64,000 bases of DNA from Laetmonice hystrix (GCA_965235115.1 OZ249436.1:18416001-18480000), one strand, 5' to 3'; counted from the first letter of the stretch, positions 1 through 12,002 are shown. The notes: generated from the sequence alone by a model not told the origin. Translations and numbers: made by a program.

Positions 1-119
1 TATGGTTGTTGGTACTATTGTTAGCATTGGCAATGTTATTATTATAATGTTAACTGTTATCATTGATATTGTGATAATTATTATTATTATTGTTATTTTA
101 TTGTTATTTTATTGTTATT
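1..119. repeat. Degenerate (TTA/TTG)n low-complexity tract, left flank of the nested element stack
   Basis: Imperfect TTA/TTG/ATT triplets. A matching tract resumes at 17822. Confidence 0.85.
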
Positions 120-376
120 ATCCCATTTCCCTGACGGGGAAATGGGATTTTGATTTTGTATGGTTTCGTCTACACTATTATTATTATCCCATTTCCCTGA
201 CGGGGAAATGGGATTTTGATTTTGTATGGTTTCGTCTACACTATTATTATTATCCCATTTCCCTGACGGGGAAATGGGATTTTGATTTTGTATGGTTTCG
301 TCTACACTATTATTATTATTATCCCATTTCCCTGACGGGGAAATGGGATTTTGATTTTGTATGGTTTCGTCTACAC
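120..376 (+). mobile_element. Four stacked 5' heads of Helitron/Helentron-like family B
   Basis: Identical 56-bp units ATCCCATTTCCC-TGACG-GGGAAATGGGAT...CTACAC start at 120, 186, 252 and 321, separated by TAT/TTA runs. The same head precedes B bodies at 10509, 13421 and 14911. Confidence 0.85.
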
Positions 377-1101
377 TATTATTATCCCATTCCCCTGTAC
401 AGGGGAATGGGATTTTGAAGTTGTCGTGTTTGCGTGTACTTTATTATTATTATTATTATTATTGTGGTTGTAAGACAAGGGTCATATCTCAACAAGTTTT
501 CAGAATATCTCAATGAAACTTGGCCGAACCATAGATCATGGGCCTAAGAGCTCATATCATTTTGCGTCAAGTCATATGACATACCGTCATGACGTTATGA
601 CGTCATAAAGACGGTTTTTAAGGGCATGGAAGCCACCTCATCTTCGAGTACCAAGAGCATCTAGCCAAAAGTCATTCAAAGCAGGGCCTTAGCACTTAGG
701 GGGCAATAATTTTCTTCATCAGTTTGACCTCTGTCCTATGACCTGTCTGACTTGAAGGTCAAAACATAGATAACAGTCAAAATGTTTCTCCTCTTTCATT
801 TTTCGCAGACTCTTCTCCTGCTTTGGTTTATACCTTCTCCATATTGGGGCTGATCGACTGATGCCAAAATTTTTGAAATGTGACGTCATATGACCCAGTC
901 ACCTGACATCAAAATTTGGTTCTTTGGCCAGTGTACCAGAATTAAGTCATAGCTCAACCAGTTTTCGACCGATCCCAATGAAACTTCGTGTGCTTTAACA
1001 GGGTGGGATGCAGAGCCAAATTTATGCAAATTTTCTTCAATGACGTAACAGTGACGTCATCCACCTAATTAAAATAGGACTTCAGTAGTTAAATAGATGT
1101 G

Positions 1102-1189
1102 ATCCTCGATAGCTCAGTGGGTAATACACCCGACATAACGGCTGAAGATCATGGGTTCAATTCCCACCAAGGGCAGATCTTTTTTTTTT
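1102..1189 (+). promoter_or_regulatory. tRNA-derived Pol III-like module inside family A (repeated in each A body)
   Basis: A-box-like TAGCTCAGTGGG at 1110-1121, B-box GGTTCAATTCC at 1154-1164, T-run at 1180-1189. No clean cloverleaf. The 3' half is duplicated at ~1208-1270. Confidence 0.6.
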
Positions 1190-1710
1190 CGTTTTTCTTG
1201 TCACAAAGGCTGAAGATCATGGGTTCAATTCCCACCAAGGACAGATTTTTTTTTTCGTTTTTCTTGTCAGACAGTACAGCTCATCTCTTTAAATGCTTAG
1301 GAGGCCTAGGCAGGGGAAATGTTGTCATGTTTTTTTTTCTTTATTAATTTTTGATATAGAATTGGAGTACTGAGACAGTAGCGGTTTCTAACTCATTTTT
1401 CGAGTTATCTGGATGAAACTTGCAGTAAAAATTGACCACAGGAGGAATTCCTCGACTTATATAATAATACATCATGTGACACCATGACGTCATGAATACA
1501 TTATGAATAGTGCAACCTGGTACTGCACCAGGAAAAGCTATCCAGAATTCTTTTATGCCATCTTCGTGCCCCTTAGGGGTCTCTAAATGTTAAAATTCAT
1601 TTGACCTCTGACCTATGCCATTTGTCAGGTACAGATCACAGGTTTGGAAACAGTCAAAACTTTATTTATGTGGAAATGTTTTGACAAAATTGCTCACAAA
1701 ATTAAAACCA

Positions 1711-1915
1711 TTTTTTCTCTGGGGTTATGTGAAAACCAAGGTGTACACCAGTCCCCCAGGAACACTTGATGAACTTCGCAATCCCATAATCATAGCTTTT
1801 CAAGAAATTCTGCATGATATGGTAACCAGAGCAATCGAAAGTATGTGACGCCGAGCAGTGATCTGTGAAGGCAACCATGGATTCCATGTTGAAGAACTCT
1901 TTATGGAGGATTAAA
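1711..1915 (+). pseudogene. Tc1/mariner transposase C-terminal fragment captured in family A (copies at ~3304-3508 and ~9115-9320)
   Basis: Translates FFLWGYVKTKVYTSPPGTLDELRNPIIIAFQEILHDMVTRAIESM*RRAVICEGNHGFHVE, which resembles the region after the SPDL motif of Tc1/mariner transposases. It contains an in-frame stop. Confidence 0.75.
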
Positions 1916-2057
1916 TTCAGCAAAAATTACCCTTTGCATGCAAGAAATGCAATAAATGTTTTGTTTTAATTCTTAACCATCATGGAATTAACCATTAACA
2001 GGGAATGGGATCCATTGTTGCCTGCAACAAGCCTGACTAGTTATTATTATTATTATT

Positions 2058-3633
2058 GTGGTTGTAAGACAAGGGTCATATCTCAACAAGTTTTCAGAAT
2101 ATCTCAATGAAACTTGGCCGAACCATATATCATGGGCCTAAGAGCTCATATCATTTTGCGTCAAGTCATATGACATACCGTCATGACGTTATGACGTCAT
2201 AAAGACGGTTTTTAAGGGCATGGAAGCCACCTCATCTTCGAGTACCAAGAGCATCTAGCCAAAAGTCATTCAAAGCAGGGCCTTAGCACTTAGGGGGCAA
2301 TAATTTTCTTCATCAGTTTGACCTCTGTCCTATGACCTGTCTGACTTGAAGGTCAAAACATAGATAACAGTCAAAATGTTTCTCCTCTTTCATTTTTCGC
2401 AGACTCTTCTCCTGCTTTGGTTTATACCTTCTCCATATTGGGGCTGATCGACTGATGCCAAAATTTTTGAAATGTGACGTCATATGACCCAGTCACCTGA
2501 CATCAAAATTTGGTTCTTTGGCCAGTGTACCAGAATTAAGTCATAGCTCAACCAGTTTTCGACCGATCCCAATGAAACTTCGTGTGCTTTAACAGGGTGG
2601 GATGCAGAGCCAAATTTATGCAAATTTTCTTCAATGACGTAACAGTGACGTCATCCACCTAATTAAAATAGGACTTCAGTAGTTAAATAGATGTGATCCT
2701 CGATAGCTCAGTGGGTAATACACCCGACATAACGGCTGAAGATCATGGGTTCAATTCCCACCAAGGGCAGATCTTTTTTTTTTCGTTTTTCTTGTCACAA
2801 AGGCTGAAGATCATGGGTTCAATTCCCACCAAGGACAGATTTTTTTTTCGTTTTTCTTGTCAGACAGTACAGCTCATCTCTTTAAATGCTTAGGAGGCCT
2901 AGGCAGGGGAAATGTTGTCATGTTTTTTTTTCTTTATTAATTTTTGATATAGAATTGGAGTACTGAGACAGTAGCGGTTTCTAACTCATTTTTCGAGTTA
3001 TCTGGATGAAACTTGCAGTAAAAATTGACCACAGGAGGAATTCCTCGACTTATATAATAATACATCATGTGACACCATGATGTCATGAATACATTATGAA
3101 TAGTGCAACCTGGTACTGCACCAGGAAAAGCTATCCAGAATTCTTTTATGCCATCTTCGTGCCCCTTAGGGGTCTCTAAATGTTAAAATTCATTTGACCT
3201 CTGACCTATGCCATTTGTCAGGTACAGATCACAGGTTTGGAAACAGTCAAAACTTTATTTATGTGGAAATGTTTTGACAAAATTGCTCACAAAATTAAAA
3301 CCATTTTTTCTCTGGGGTTATGTGAAAACCAAGGTGTACACCAGTCCCCCAGGAACACTTGATGAACTTCGCAATCCCATAATCATAGCTTTTCAAGAAA
3401 TTCTGCATGATATGGTAACCAGAGCAATCGAAAGTATGTGACGCCGAGCAGTGATCTGTGGAGGCAACCATGGATTCCATGTTGAAGAACTCTTTATGGA
3501 GGATTAAATTCAGCAAAAATTACCCTTTGCATGCAAGAAATGCAATAAATGTTTTGTTTTAATTCTTAACCATCATGGAATTAACCATTAACAGGGAATG
3601 GGATCCATTGTTGCCTGCAACAAGCCTGACTAG
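2058..3633 (+). mobile_element. Family A body without an adjacent head
   Basis: Near-identical to 464-2040 (few SNPs). Preceded only by (TTA)n. Ends subTIR-hairpin-CTAG. Confidence 0.85.
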
Positions 3634-3638
3634 TTATT

Positions 3639-6600
3639 ATCCCATTCCCCTGTACAGGGGAATGGGATTTTGAAGTTGTCGTGTTTGCGTGTACTTTATT
3701 ATTATCCCTTCCCCCGATAGGGGAAGGGATCTTGAAATTGTCTGGTTTCGTCTTCCTTATTTTTATGCCTGTAGTAGTCGTGGTCGTCGTCGTAGTAGTA
3801 GTAGTAGTAAACCTATACGTATATCTCAGTCATTTTTGAAGATATCTCAATGAAACTTGGGATATGGCTTGACGGTGACAAACTCTGATCTCATGGTGCG
3901 TCATGACGTCACGTGACGTCACGTCATGACGTGATAACGTAAAACGTGTTTTGTGCATTAAAGGCATTTTTGAACCTTATCTTGGGAATTTCCAAAACCT
4001 GTTGTTGCTTTATAGTCAGGCAAGGTTGTTGCATAATTTGGACCCTTCATTTGACCTTTGACCTTTGAACTTAGGAAGACCTGGGTGCTAGCTCACAAAT
4101 CGCTTAAATCATATCTCCTTCCCCATTTTTTTATAAAATTTGACTATATTTGGCAGAAGCACTCTCTAGGGAGAGCTCCACTAGATTCCTGGGCGGCTAA
4201 GCGATTTGACCTATTTTGGCTGAACCACGTGACCTGAAAGTTTAGAACTTGGGCTTGACTTAGGTCATTTCGAAGATTCTGTGCTGTAACTCTTGAATGA
4301 TTTGAGACAGAGCCATAATTTTTAATGAACCTTAGAAAGTTTTATGTCTACTTTAATTAGGTACCATATTTTTTGTGCCACGTGAATTGTGACGTCATCT
4401 ACAACGTCATCTACAACGTAATCTCTTTCTTAATTTGGGGCACGTCTCAACTACGGGACAATAAGCTCAGCGTTTTAATATTTACACGGTGTGGACTTAA
4501 AATGTCTACTTTAAGATATTATAAATTTCAATTGGCGAAATATATAATTAACAATACGGAGATCAATTATATAAGAGAAGGTCGTGAAGAGAGACAGGCA
4601 ATTTGACCACTGATCAAGTGACCTAGAAACCTGGTTTCGTGAGTGATGTCAGGGCCTCGCTCGGTGTCCGCGTGAAGGGGGCCGACTGCGGACGCTGAGC
4701 CTATCGGCCTCTGTATTAATAAGTATCTAATATTTCTGCCTAAAACTATGGGGAGTACTTCAGGTACATATTTAGCTCAATGTCAGGCAACTTTGAAGAG
4801 AAGATTCCAAGTCTCGGAAGGGAACTCGCCATGTGAAGACCGAAGCTATTTACTAACAAATCTCAGCAATGGCGTTCTCCATAACGTTAGTAAGTCCACA
4901 CTGCAGACAGTGGCGTATATGCTGTATGTTTCGTCATTAAACGTGAAATATAGCTGTAAATTATCTGTAGCCAAATGACTGGCAATTATCAAGGGGAGAA
5001 ACATAATATTTTTCAAATTCAGGACTCTACTTCGAAAAAAAACATCAAAACGAAAACAGCAAATGACTTGATGGGGAATCGAACGCCAGACCTGTTGCAT
5101 ATTGAGCATACTCTTCTAAAGAGCTATTACGTTCTGTTGGATGCTACTGCTTTGAATTGCTACTGATGCCTGTCTTTGTAAATATTTAATGTAGACTTTT
5201 GCTTTGAAAGTCGATGTATAAATTAAACATTTATAGCTCCTTGTGTATAACGTTTGAATAAGTATGGCTGCGTTTTGGCTAAGGAAATGGCTAGAGTAAG
5301 AAATCAAAAACCCATCTCGTTAGCACACAATCAACCGTGGGGGGGGGGGGGGGGGGCGAAGTTTGACACCAGGTAGCAGCACGTCTCGACTATACACTGT
5401 CCTCACGCTAGGGGGCCGGGCCCTGGCGGCGGCAGATGGAGTGAGCAGTTCTAAGTATACTATACTATCCCTGACCCTGTTCCTTTGCCTCCATCGATGT
5501 TGTGAATAAACATATTGTATTGTATTGAATTGAGAATATCTGGGCCAGGGATGGTCACATATCAATATGTCGGCTAAATATCAGGGACCCCCTACCTTCC
5601 ACATCTATTGGGACTCACTCAATAGGCCTATTAAATATGAGGGACCCCCTACCTGCCGCATATCGCCCCTTTCTACCACATGGCGATATGTGGCAGCCCC
5701 TGACCCGGGCGAGGCGTGCTGCGACCTGGTGCTGAACATTGAAACTAGAGAAATGGCATGTGACCTAAATGGCATGTGACATTGAATTTGGATCATAGCC
5801 ATTTTTAAGAAACAAATGACTGTAACTCTGAAACCGTCTAAGATAGAGCCATGGTTACTACTGAACATGAATAGTAAGTCATAGATACTCTTTCAATTGA
5901 CACCAACATTTTTACCTATCGTGATGTATGAACTATGACGTCATAGTGACGTCATTCACATTTTCTAAGGTTTTCAGAGGTTTGTAACTCCTAAACGGTG
6001 CTAGATAAGACCATAGTTACTTATTTCATGAATAGATCTTATTATACCTCATCAGGATTTGTAAAATCGTGGAACCCCTCAAAACTCGCAATTTAAAATT
6101 AAATTTCTTAGCTTTTATTGAATTAAACACCTAGAAAAGGTTGAAAAATTGTTCCCGATCTATTTTATTTCAAACAAAGCTGGCTGGGGAAAAGGGGGGA
6201 CTGCCATCGAGGCAGGTTAAAATCAATTTACGATCTTTGTTTTGTCTAAACATGTACAAGTTCATATATGCAGGCCCGTATATAGGGTGGGGCACATTTT
6301 AAATTCAAATTCTGCTCTTTCAAATAACACCAACATTTACGTCATATGACGTGACGTCATGACGTAATTTGATGTTTTGGGAAGTACCTCATTGTACCAC
6401 ATTGTACCAGTCCCGTGATCAGTTAGAGAAACTTCATTCATAGCACCCAGCTTGCCTCTTGACGGGGAATCATTTTATTTATCAATTTGACCTCTGACCC
6501 TTGACATTCTTGAGATCTAGGTTACAGGTCAAAATGTGACTATTTCAATACTCCTCTCACAATTTTTGACAAATCGAGCCCAAATTGATACCAGGGAATC

Positions 6601-9444
6601 TCCATAGTATTCCCCAAAGGCCCGGGATTAGACTTGGTGTTGTGCCCTATTTTTAGCATACCACGTGACATCGGAATTGGGTCATAGCCATTGGCTGTAA
6701 CTCTGAAACCGTGTAAGATAGAGCCATGGTTACTATTGAACATGAATAGGAAGTCATATATGCTCTTTCAATTGACACCAAGATTTATGACGTCATGTGA
6801 CGTATAACGTCATAATGACGTCATCAGCATTTTCAGAGGCCTATAACTCTTAAACTGTGCTAGATAGGGCCATTGTTACTATTGAACACGAATAGGAACT
6901 CATAGATGCTCTTTCAAATGACACCAAGATTTACGTCATATGACCTGACGTCATGACGTAATTTGGTGTTTTGGGAAGTACCTCATTGTGCCTCATTGTA
7001 CCAGTCCCATGATCAGTTAGACAAAATTCATTCATAGCACTTAGCTTGCAACTTGAGAGGGAATAATTTTATTCAACAATTTGACCTCTGACCTTTGACC
7101 TTCTTGAAATCTAGGTTACAGCTCAAAATGTGACTAATTCGCCTCTCCTCCAACAAATTTTGACAAATCGAGCCCAAATTGATACCAGGGAATCTCCATG
7201 GGGTTTCCCAGATCCCCGGGATCAGACTAAGGGCTGGGCACTATTTTCAGCATACCATGTGACATCGAAATTGGGTCATATCCATTTTTGAGAAACAAAT
7301 GGCGGTAACTTTGAAACGGTGTAAGATAGAGCCATGGTTACTATTGAACATGAATAAGAAGTCATATATGCTCTTTCGAATGCCACCAACCTTTTTGACC
7401 TATCATCACGTATGACGTCATAATGACGTCATTGCCATTTTCTAAGGATTTTCAGAGGCCTGTAACTCCTAAACGGTGCTAGATACGATCATAGTTACTA
7501 TTGAACCCGAATAGGAACTCATAGATGCTCTTTTCAGTTACCAAGACTTATGACGTCGTGTGACGTATAACGTCATAATGACCTCATAATACACCAATGC
7601 CAGTTGTGCCATTGTTATAGCCATACTAATCGCCATGTCTGGTTTTGGCTAGGTACACGTCATGGCTAGGTACACGTCACGTAGTTGTACACGTCTTGGC
7701 TAGGTGCACGTCATGTAGATAAATGGGAAATGGGATCTGGTGTTGCCTAGCAACACCTATTGCCTCGTTATCATTATTTTTATTATTGCTTAATTGTTCC
7801 TCGTCATGGGAAGGGATCCCTGTATTGCTTTAGCAATCAGTCGGGCTAGTTATTATTATTATTATTGTGGTTGTAAGACAAGGGTCATATCTCAACAAGT
7901 TTTCAGAATATCTCAATGAAACTTGGCCGAACCATAGATCATGGGCCTAAGAGCTCATATCATTTTGCGTCAAGTCATATGACATACCGTCATGACGTTA
8001 TGACGTCATAAAGACGGTTTTTAAGGGCATGGAAGCCACCTCATCTTCGAGTACCAAGAGCATCTAGCCAAAAGTCATTCAAAGCAGGGCCTTAGCACTT
8101 AGGGGGCAATAATTTTCTTCATCAGTTTGACCTCTGTCCTATGACCTGTCTGACTTGAAGGTCAAAACATAGATAACAGTCAAAATGTTTCTCCTCTTTC
8201 ATTTTTCGCAGACTCTTCTCCTGCTTTGGTTTATACCTTCTCCATATTGGGGCTGATCGACTGATGCCAAAATTTTTGAAATGTGACGTCATATGACCCA
8301 GTCACCTGACATCAAAATTTGGTTCTTTGGCCAGTGTACCAGAATTAAGTCATAGCTCAACCAGTTTTCGACCGATCCCAATGAAACTTCGTGTGCTTTA
8401 ACAGGGTGGGATGCAGAGCCAAATTTATGCAAATTTTCTTCAATGACGTAACAGTGACGTCATCCACCTAATTAAAATAGGACTTCAGTAGTTAAATAGA
8501 TGTGATCCTCGATAGCTCAGTGGGTAATACACCCGACATAACGGCTGATGATCATGGGTTCAATTCCCACCAAGGGCAGATCTTTTTTTTTTCGTTTTTC
8601 TTGTCACAAAGGCTGAAGATCATGGGTTCAATTCCCACCAAGGACAGATTTTTTTTTTCGTTTTTCTTGTCAGACAGTACAGCTCATCTCTTTAAATGCT
8701 TAGGAGGCCTAGGCAGGGGAAATGTTGTCATGTTTTTTTTTTCTTTATTAATTTTTGATATAGAATTGGAGTACTGAGACAGTAGCGGTTTCTAACTCAT
8801 TTTTCGAGTTATCTGGATGAAACTTGCAGTAAAAATTGACCACAGGAGGAATTCCTCGACTTATATAATAATACATCATGTGACACCATGACGTCATGAA
8901 TACATTATGAATAGTGCAACCTGGTACTGCACCAGGAAAAGCTATCCAGAATTCTTTTATGCCATCTTCGTGCCCCTTAGGGGTCTCTAAATGTTAAAAT
9001 TCATTTGACCTCTGACCTATGCCATTTGTCAGGTACAGATCACAGGTTTGGAAACAGTCAAAACTTTATTTATGTGGAAATGTTTTGACAAAATTGCTCA
9101 CAAAATTAAAACCATTTTTTCTCTGGGGTTATGTGAAAACCAAGGTGTACACCAGTCCCCCAGGAACACTTGATGAACTTCGCAATCCCATAATCATAGC
9201 TTTTCAAGAAATTCTGCATGATATGGTAACCAGAGCAATCGAAAGTATGTGACGCCGAGCAGTGATCTGTGGAGGCAACCATGGATTCCATGTTGAAGAA
9301 CTCTTTATGGAGGATTAAATTCAGCAAAAATTACCCTTTGCATGCAAGAAATGCAATAAATGTTTTGTTTTAATTCTTAACCATCATGGAATTAACCATT
9401 AACAGGGAATGGGATCCATTGTTGCCTGCAACAAGCCTGACTAG
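3639..9444 (+). mobile_element. Family A element split by element C (head 3639-3695, body 7867-9444)
   Basis: The A head is followed by TTATTATT and then the C head. After C's CTAG (7849) the TTA tract resumes and runs into the A body, which ends CTAG at 9444. Confidence 0.85.
3704..7849 (+). mobile_element. Non-autonomous Helitron/Helentron-like element, family C (composite, ~4.1 kb)
   Basis: Head ATCCCTTCCCC-CGATA-GGGGAAGGGAT at 3704-3730, 3' subTIR GGGAAGGGAT at 7808-7817, hairpin ATTGCT-TT-AGCAAT, CTAG end. Internal imperfect repeats at ~5760-7600 resemble family D. Confidence 0.8.
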
Positions 9445-9455
9445 TTATTATTATT

Positions 9456-10497
9456 CCTGTTGTAAGACAAAGTGTATATCTCGGTCACTTTTTAAGATAG
9501 CAGGTTGAAACTTGCAGGGAGGGTTCATCATGGGATGAAGATCTGTGCATATGAAGCAGGACTTCATGCGACGTCATGTCTTGGTTTTATGACGTCTCAA
9601 ACACGTCACATGGAGCATCAATTTATCAACTCCCAACACAAAACTACTGTTACTTGGGGAAATATTGGTTATAGATCCTCTTCGTGGATGGTTCTCTAAG
9701 ATACTTGTTCCATAACTTGACCTTGGATCATTACCCTTTCTGAGATTCGGGTCAAAGGTCACAATATGGTTAAATCCTTACTACTCTCTCATTTTTTTGA
9801 AAATCTTGACTAAACCACTTCTGGATGTTCCTAGTGGATAGCTTAAAATTGTGGGGCCGTTGTTTAGCGATCGGACCTTTTTTCACTGAATCACGTGACA
9901 TCAAAGTTTGATTCTTTGGTCAGTTTACCAGAAATCGGTCATATCTCTGGCAGTTTTTAACAGATCTTAATGAAACTTGGTAGGCTTAAAGAGGATGGGA
10001 TGCTGAGCTAGATTTATGCAAACTTTTTTCTGTGACGTCACTCTTTTGTGTCATGAAGTCATCCACCTATTTCAAATAGGACCCAGGTACCTCTATACCC
10101 GTGAGTCTCAATAGCTGAGTGGGTAGCATGCCCGACCTAAAGGCTGGAGATCATCGGTTCGAATCCCACCAAGTACAAAAACTTTTTTCTCATTTTTCAG
10201 ACTCTGAAAACCAAAACACCACCAGGCAGGATATGAGGCCTTGTCACAGTCATAGTTATGAAATGTTTTGACATACATGGTTTTCAGAGATAATTTTCCC
10301 ATAACTTGACCTCTGTCAATTACCCTCTCTGAGATTTGGGACAAAGGTTCCAGGACTGACAGTAAAACCAAGATGGCAGAGTGGTAAGGCTATGGGCCAC
10401 TTTAGTTACTTGATAGCATACGAATGGCACCTGGCGTTTTCCTCATGACGTCCGGAGGAAATGGGATTAGTGTATTGCTTGCAATCATGATGTCTAG
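9456..10497 (+). mobile_element. Family B body, short form (single internal module), no adjacent head
   Basis: Starts CCTGTTGTAAGACAAAG after TTA. subTIR GGAAATGGGAT at 10457-10467, hairpin ATTGC-TT-GCAAT, ends TCTAG. Confidence 0.85.
10103..10188 (+). promoter_or_regulatory. tRNA-derived Pol III-like module inside family B (twice per long B body)
   Basis: A-box-like TAGCTGAGTGGG at 10112-10123, B-box GGTTCGAATCC at 10156-10166, T-run at 10183-10188. Confidence 0.6.
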
Positions 10498-10508
10498 TTA
10501 TTATTATT

Positions 10509-11994
10509 ATCCCATTTCCCTGACGGGGAAATGGGATTTTGATTTTGTATGGTTTCGTCTACACTATTATTATTATTATTATTATTCCTGTTGTAAGACA
10601 AAGTGTATATCTTGGTCAATTTTTAAGATAGCAGGTTGAAACTTGCAGGGAGGGTTCATCATGGGATGAAGATCTGTGCATATGAAGCAGGACTTCATGC
10701 GACGTCATGTCTTGGTTTTATGACGTCTCAAACACGTCACATGGAGCATCAATTTATCAACTCCCAACACAAAACTACTGTTACTTGGGGAAATATTGGT
10801 TATAGATCCTCTTCGTGGATGGTTCTCTAAGATACTTGTTCCATAACTTGACCTTGGATCATTACCCTTTCTGAGATTCGGGTCAAAGGTCACAATATGG
10901 TTAAATCCTTACTACTCTCTCATTTTTTTGAAAATCTTGACCAAACCACTTCTGGGTGTTCCTAGTGGATAGCTTAAAATTGTGGGGCCGTTGTTTAGCG
11001 ATCGGACCTTTTTTCACTGAATCACGTGACATCAAAGTTTGATTCTTTGGTCAGTTTACCAGAAATCGGTCATATCTCTGGCAGTTTTTAACAGATCTTA
11101 ATGAAACTTGGTAGGCTTAAAGAGGATGGGATGCTGAGCTAGATTTATGCAAACTTTTTTCTGTGACGTCACTCTTTTGTGTCATGAAGTCATCCACCTA
11201 TTTCAAATAGGACCCAGGTACCTCTATACCCGTGAGTCTCAATAGCTGAGTGGGTAGCATGCCCGACCTAAAGGCTGGAGATCATCGGTTCGAATCCCAC
11301 CAAGTACAAAAACTTTTTTCTCATTTTTCACACTCTGAAAACCAAAACACCACCAGGCAGGATATGAGGCCTTGTCACAGTCATAGTTATGAAATGTTTT
11401 GACATACATGGTTCTCAAAGATAAAGTTTACCAGAAATCGGTCATATCTCTGGCAGTTTTTAACAGATCTTAACGAAACTTAATAGGCTTAAAGAGGATG
11501 GGATGCTGAGCTAGATTTATGCAAACTTTTTTCTGTGACGTCACTCTTTTGTGTCATGACGTCATCCACCTATTTCAAATAGGACCTAGGTACCTCTACA
11601 AGCGTGAGTCTCAATAGCTGAGTTGGTAGCATGCCCGACCGGAGATCATGGGTTCGAATCCCACCAAATACGGAAATTTTTTTTTCTCATTTTTCAGACT
11701 CTGAATACCAAAACACCACCAGGCAGGATATGAGGCCTTGTCAAAATCATAGTTATGAAATATTTTGACATACATGGTTTTCAGAGATAATTTTCCCATA
11801 GCTTAACCTCTGTCAATTACCCTTTCTGAGATTTGGGACAAAGGTTCCAGGACTGACAGTAAAACCAAGATGGCAGAGTGGTAAGGCTATGGGCCACTTT
11901 AGTTACTTGATAGCATACGAATGGCACCTGGCGTTTTCCTCATGACGTCCGGAGGAAATGGGATTAGTGTATTGCTTGCAATCATGATGTCTAG
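10509..11994 (+). mobile_element. Family B complete copy (long form)
   Basis: Head at 10509, TTA pad, body from 10587 with a ~372-bp internal duplication (11053 and 11425), CTAG end. Confidence 0.85.
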
Positions 11995-12002
11995 TTATTA
12001 TT

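Larger units (their letters stand above)
384..2040 (+). mobile_element. Non-autonomous Helitron/Helentron-like element, family A, complete copy
   Basis: Head hairpin ATCCCATTCCCCTG-TA-CAGGGGAATGGGAT at 384, (TTA)n at 440-463, 3' subTIR GGGAATGGGAT at 2001-2011, hairpin TTGTTG-CCTG-CAACAA at 2015-2030, ends CTAG followed by TTA. Confidence 0.8.

Noticed and set aside
2..418. 138-aa ORF with repeated YPISLTGKWDFDFVWFRLH
   Set aside because: It is a by-product of stacked element heads separated by in-frame TAT triplets. No evidence of a real gene.
120..440. CRISPR-like array of palindromic repeats
   Set aside because: There are no unique spacers and no cas genes, the context is eukaryotic, and the units are transposon 5' ends.
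1102..1175. Functional tRNA genes in the A, B and C bodies
   Set aside because: A and B boxes are present, but acceptor and anticodon stems do not pair convincingly. Treated as tRNA-derived modules.
4630..4740. U11 snRNA or C/D snoRNA resemblance (TCGTGAGTG; GTGATG...CTGA)
   Set aside because: Only short matches, with no convincing Sm site or terminal stem.
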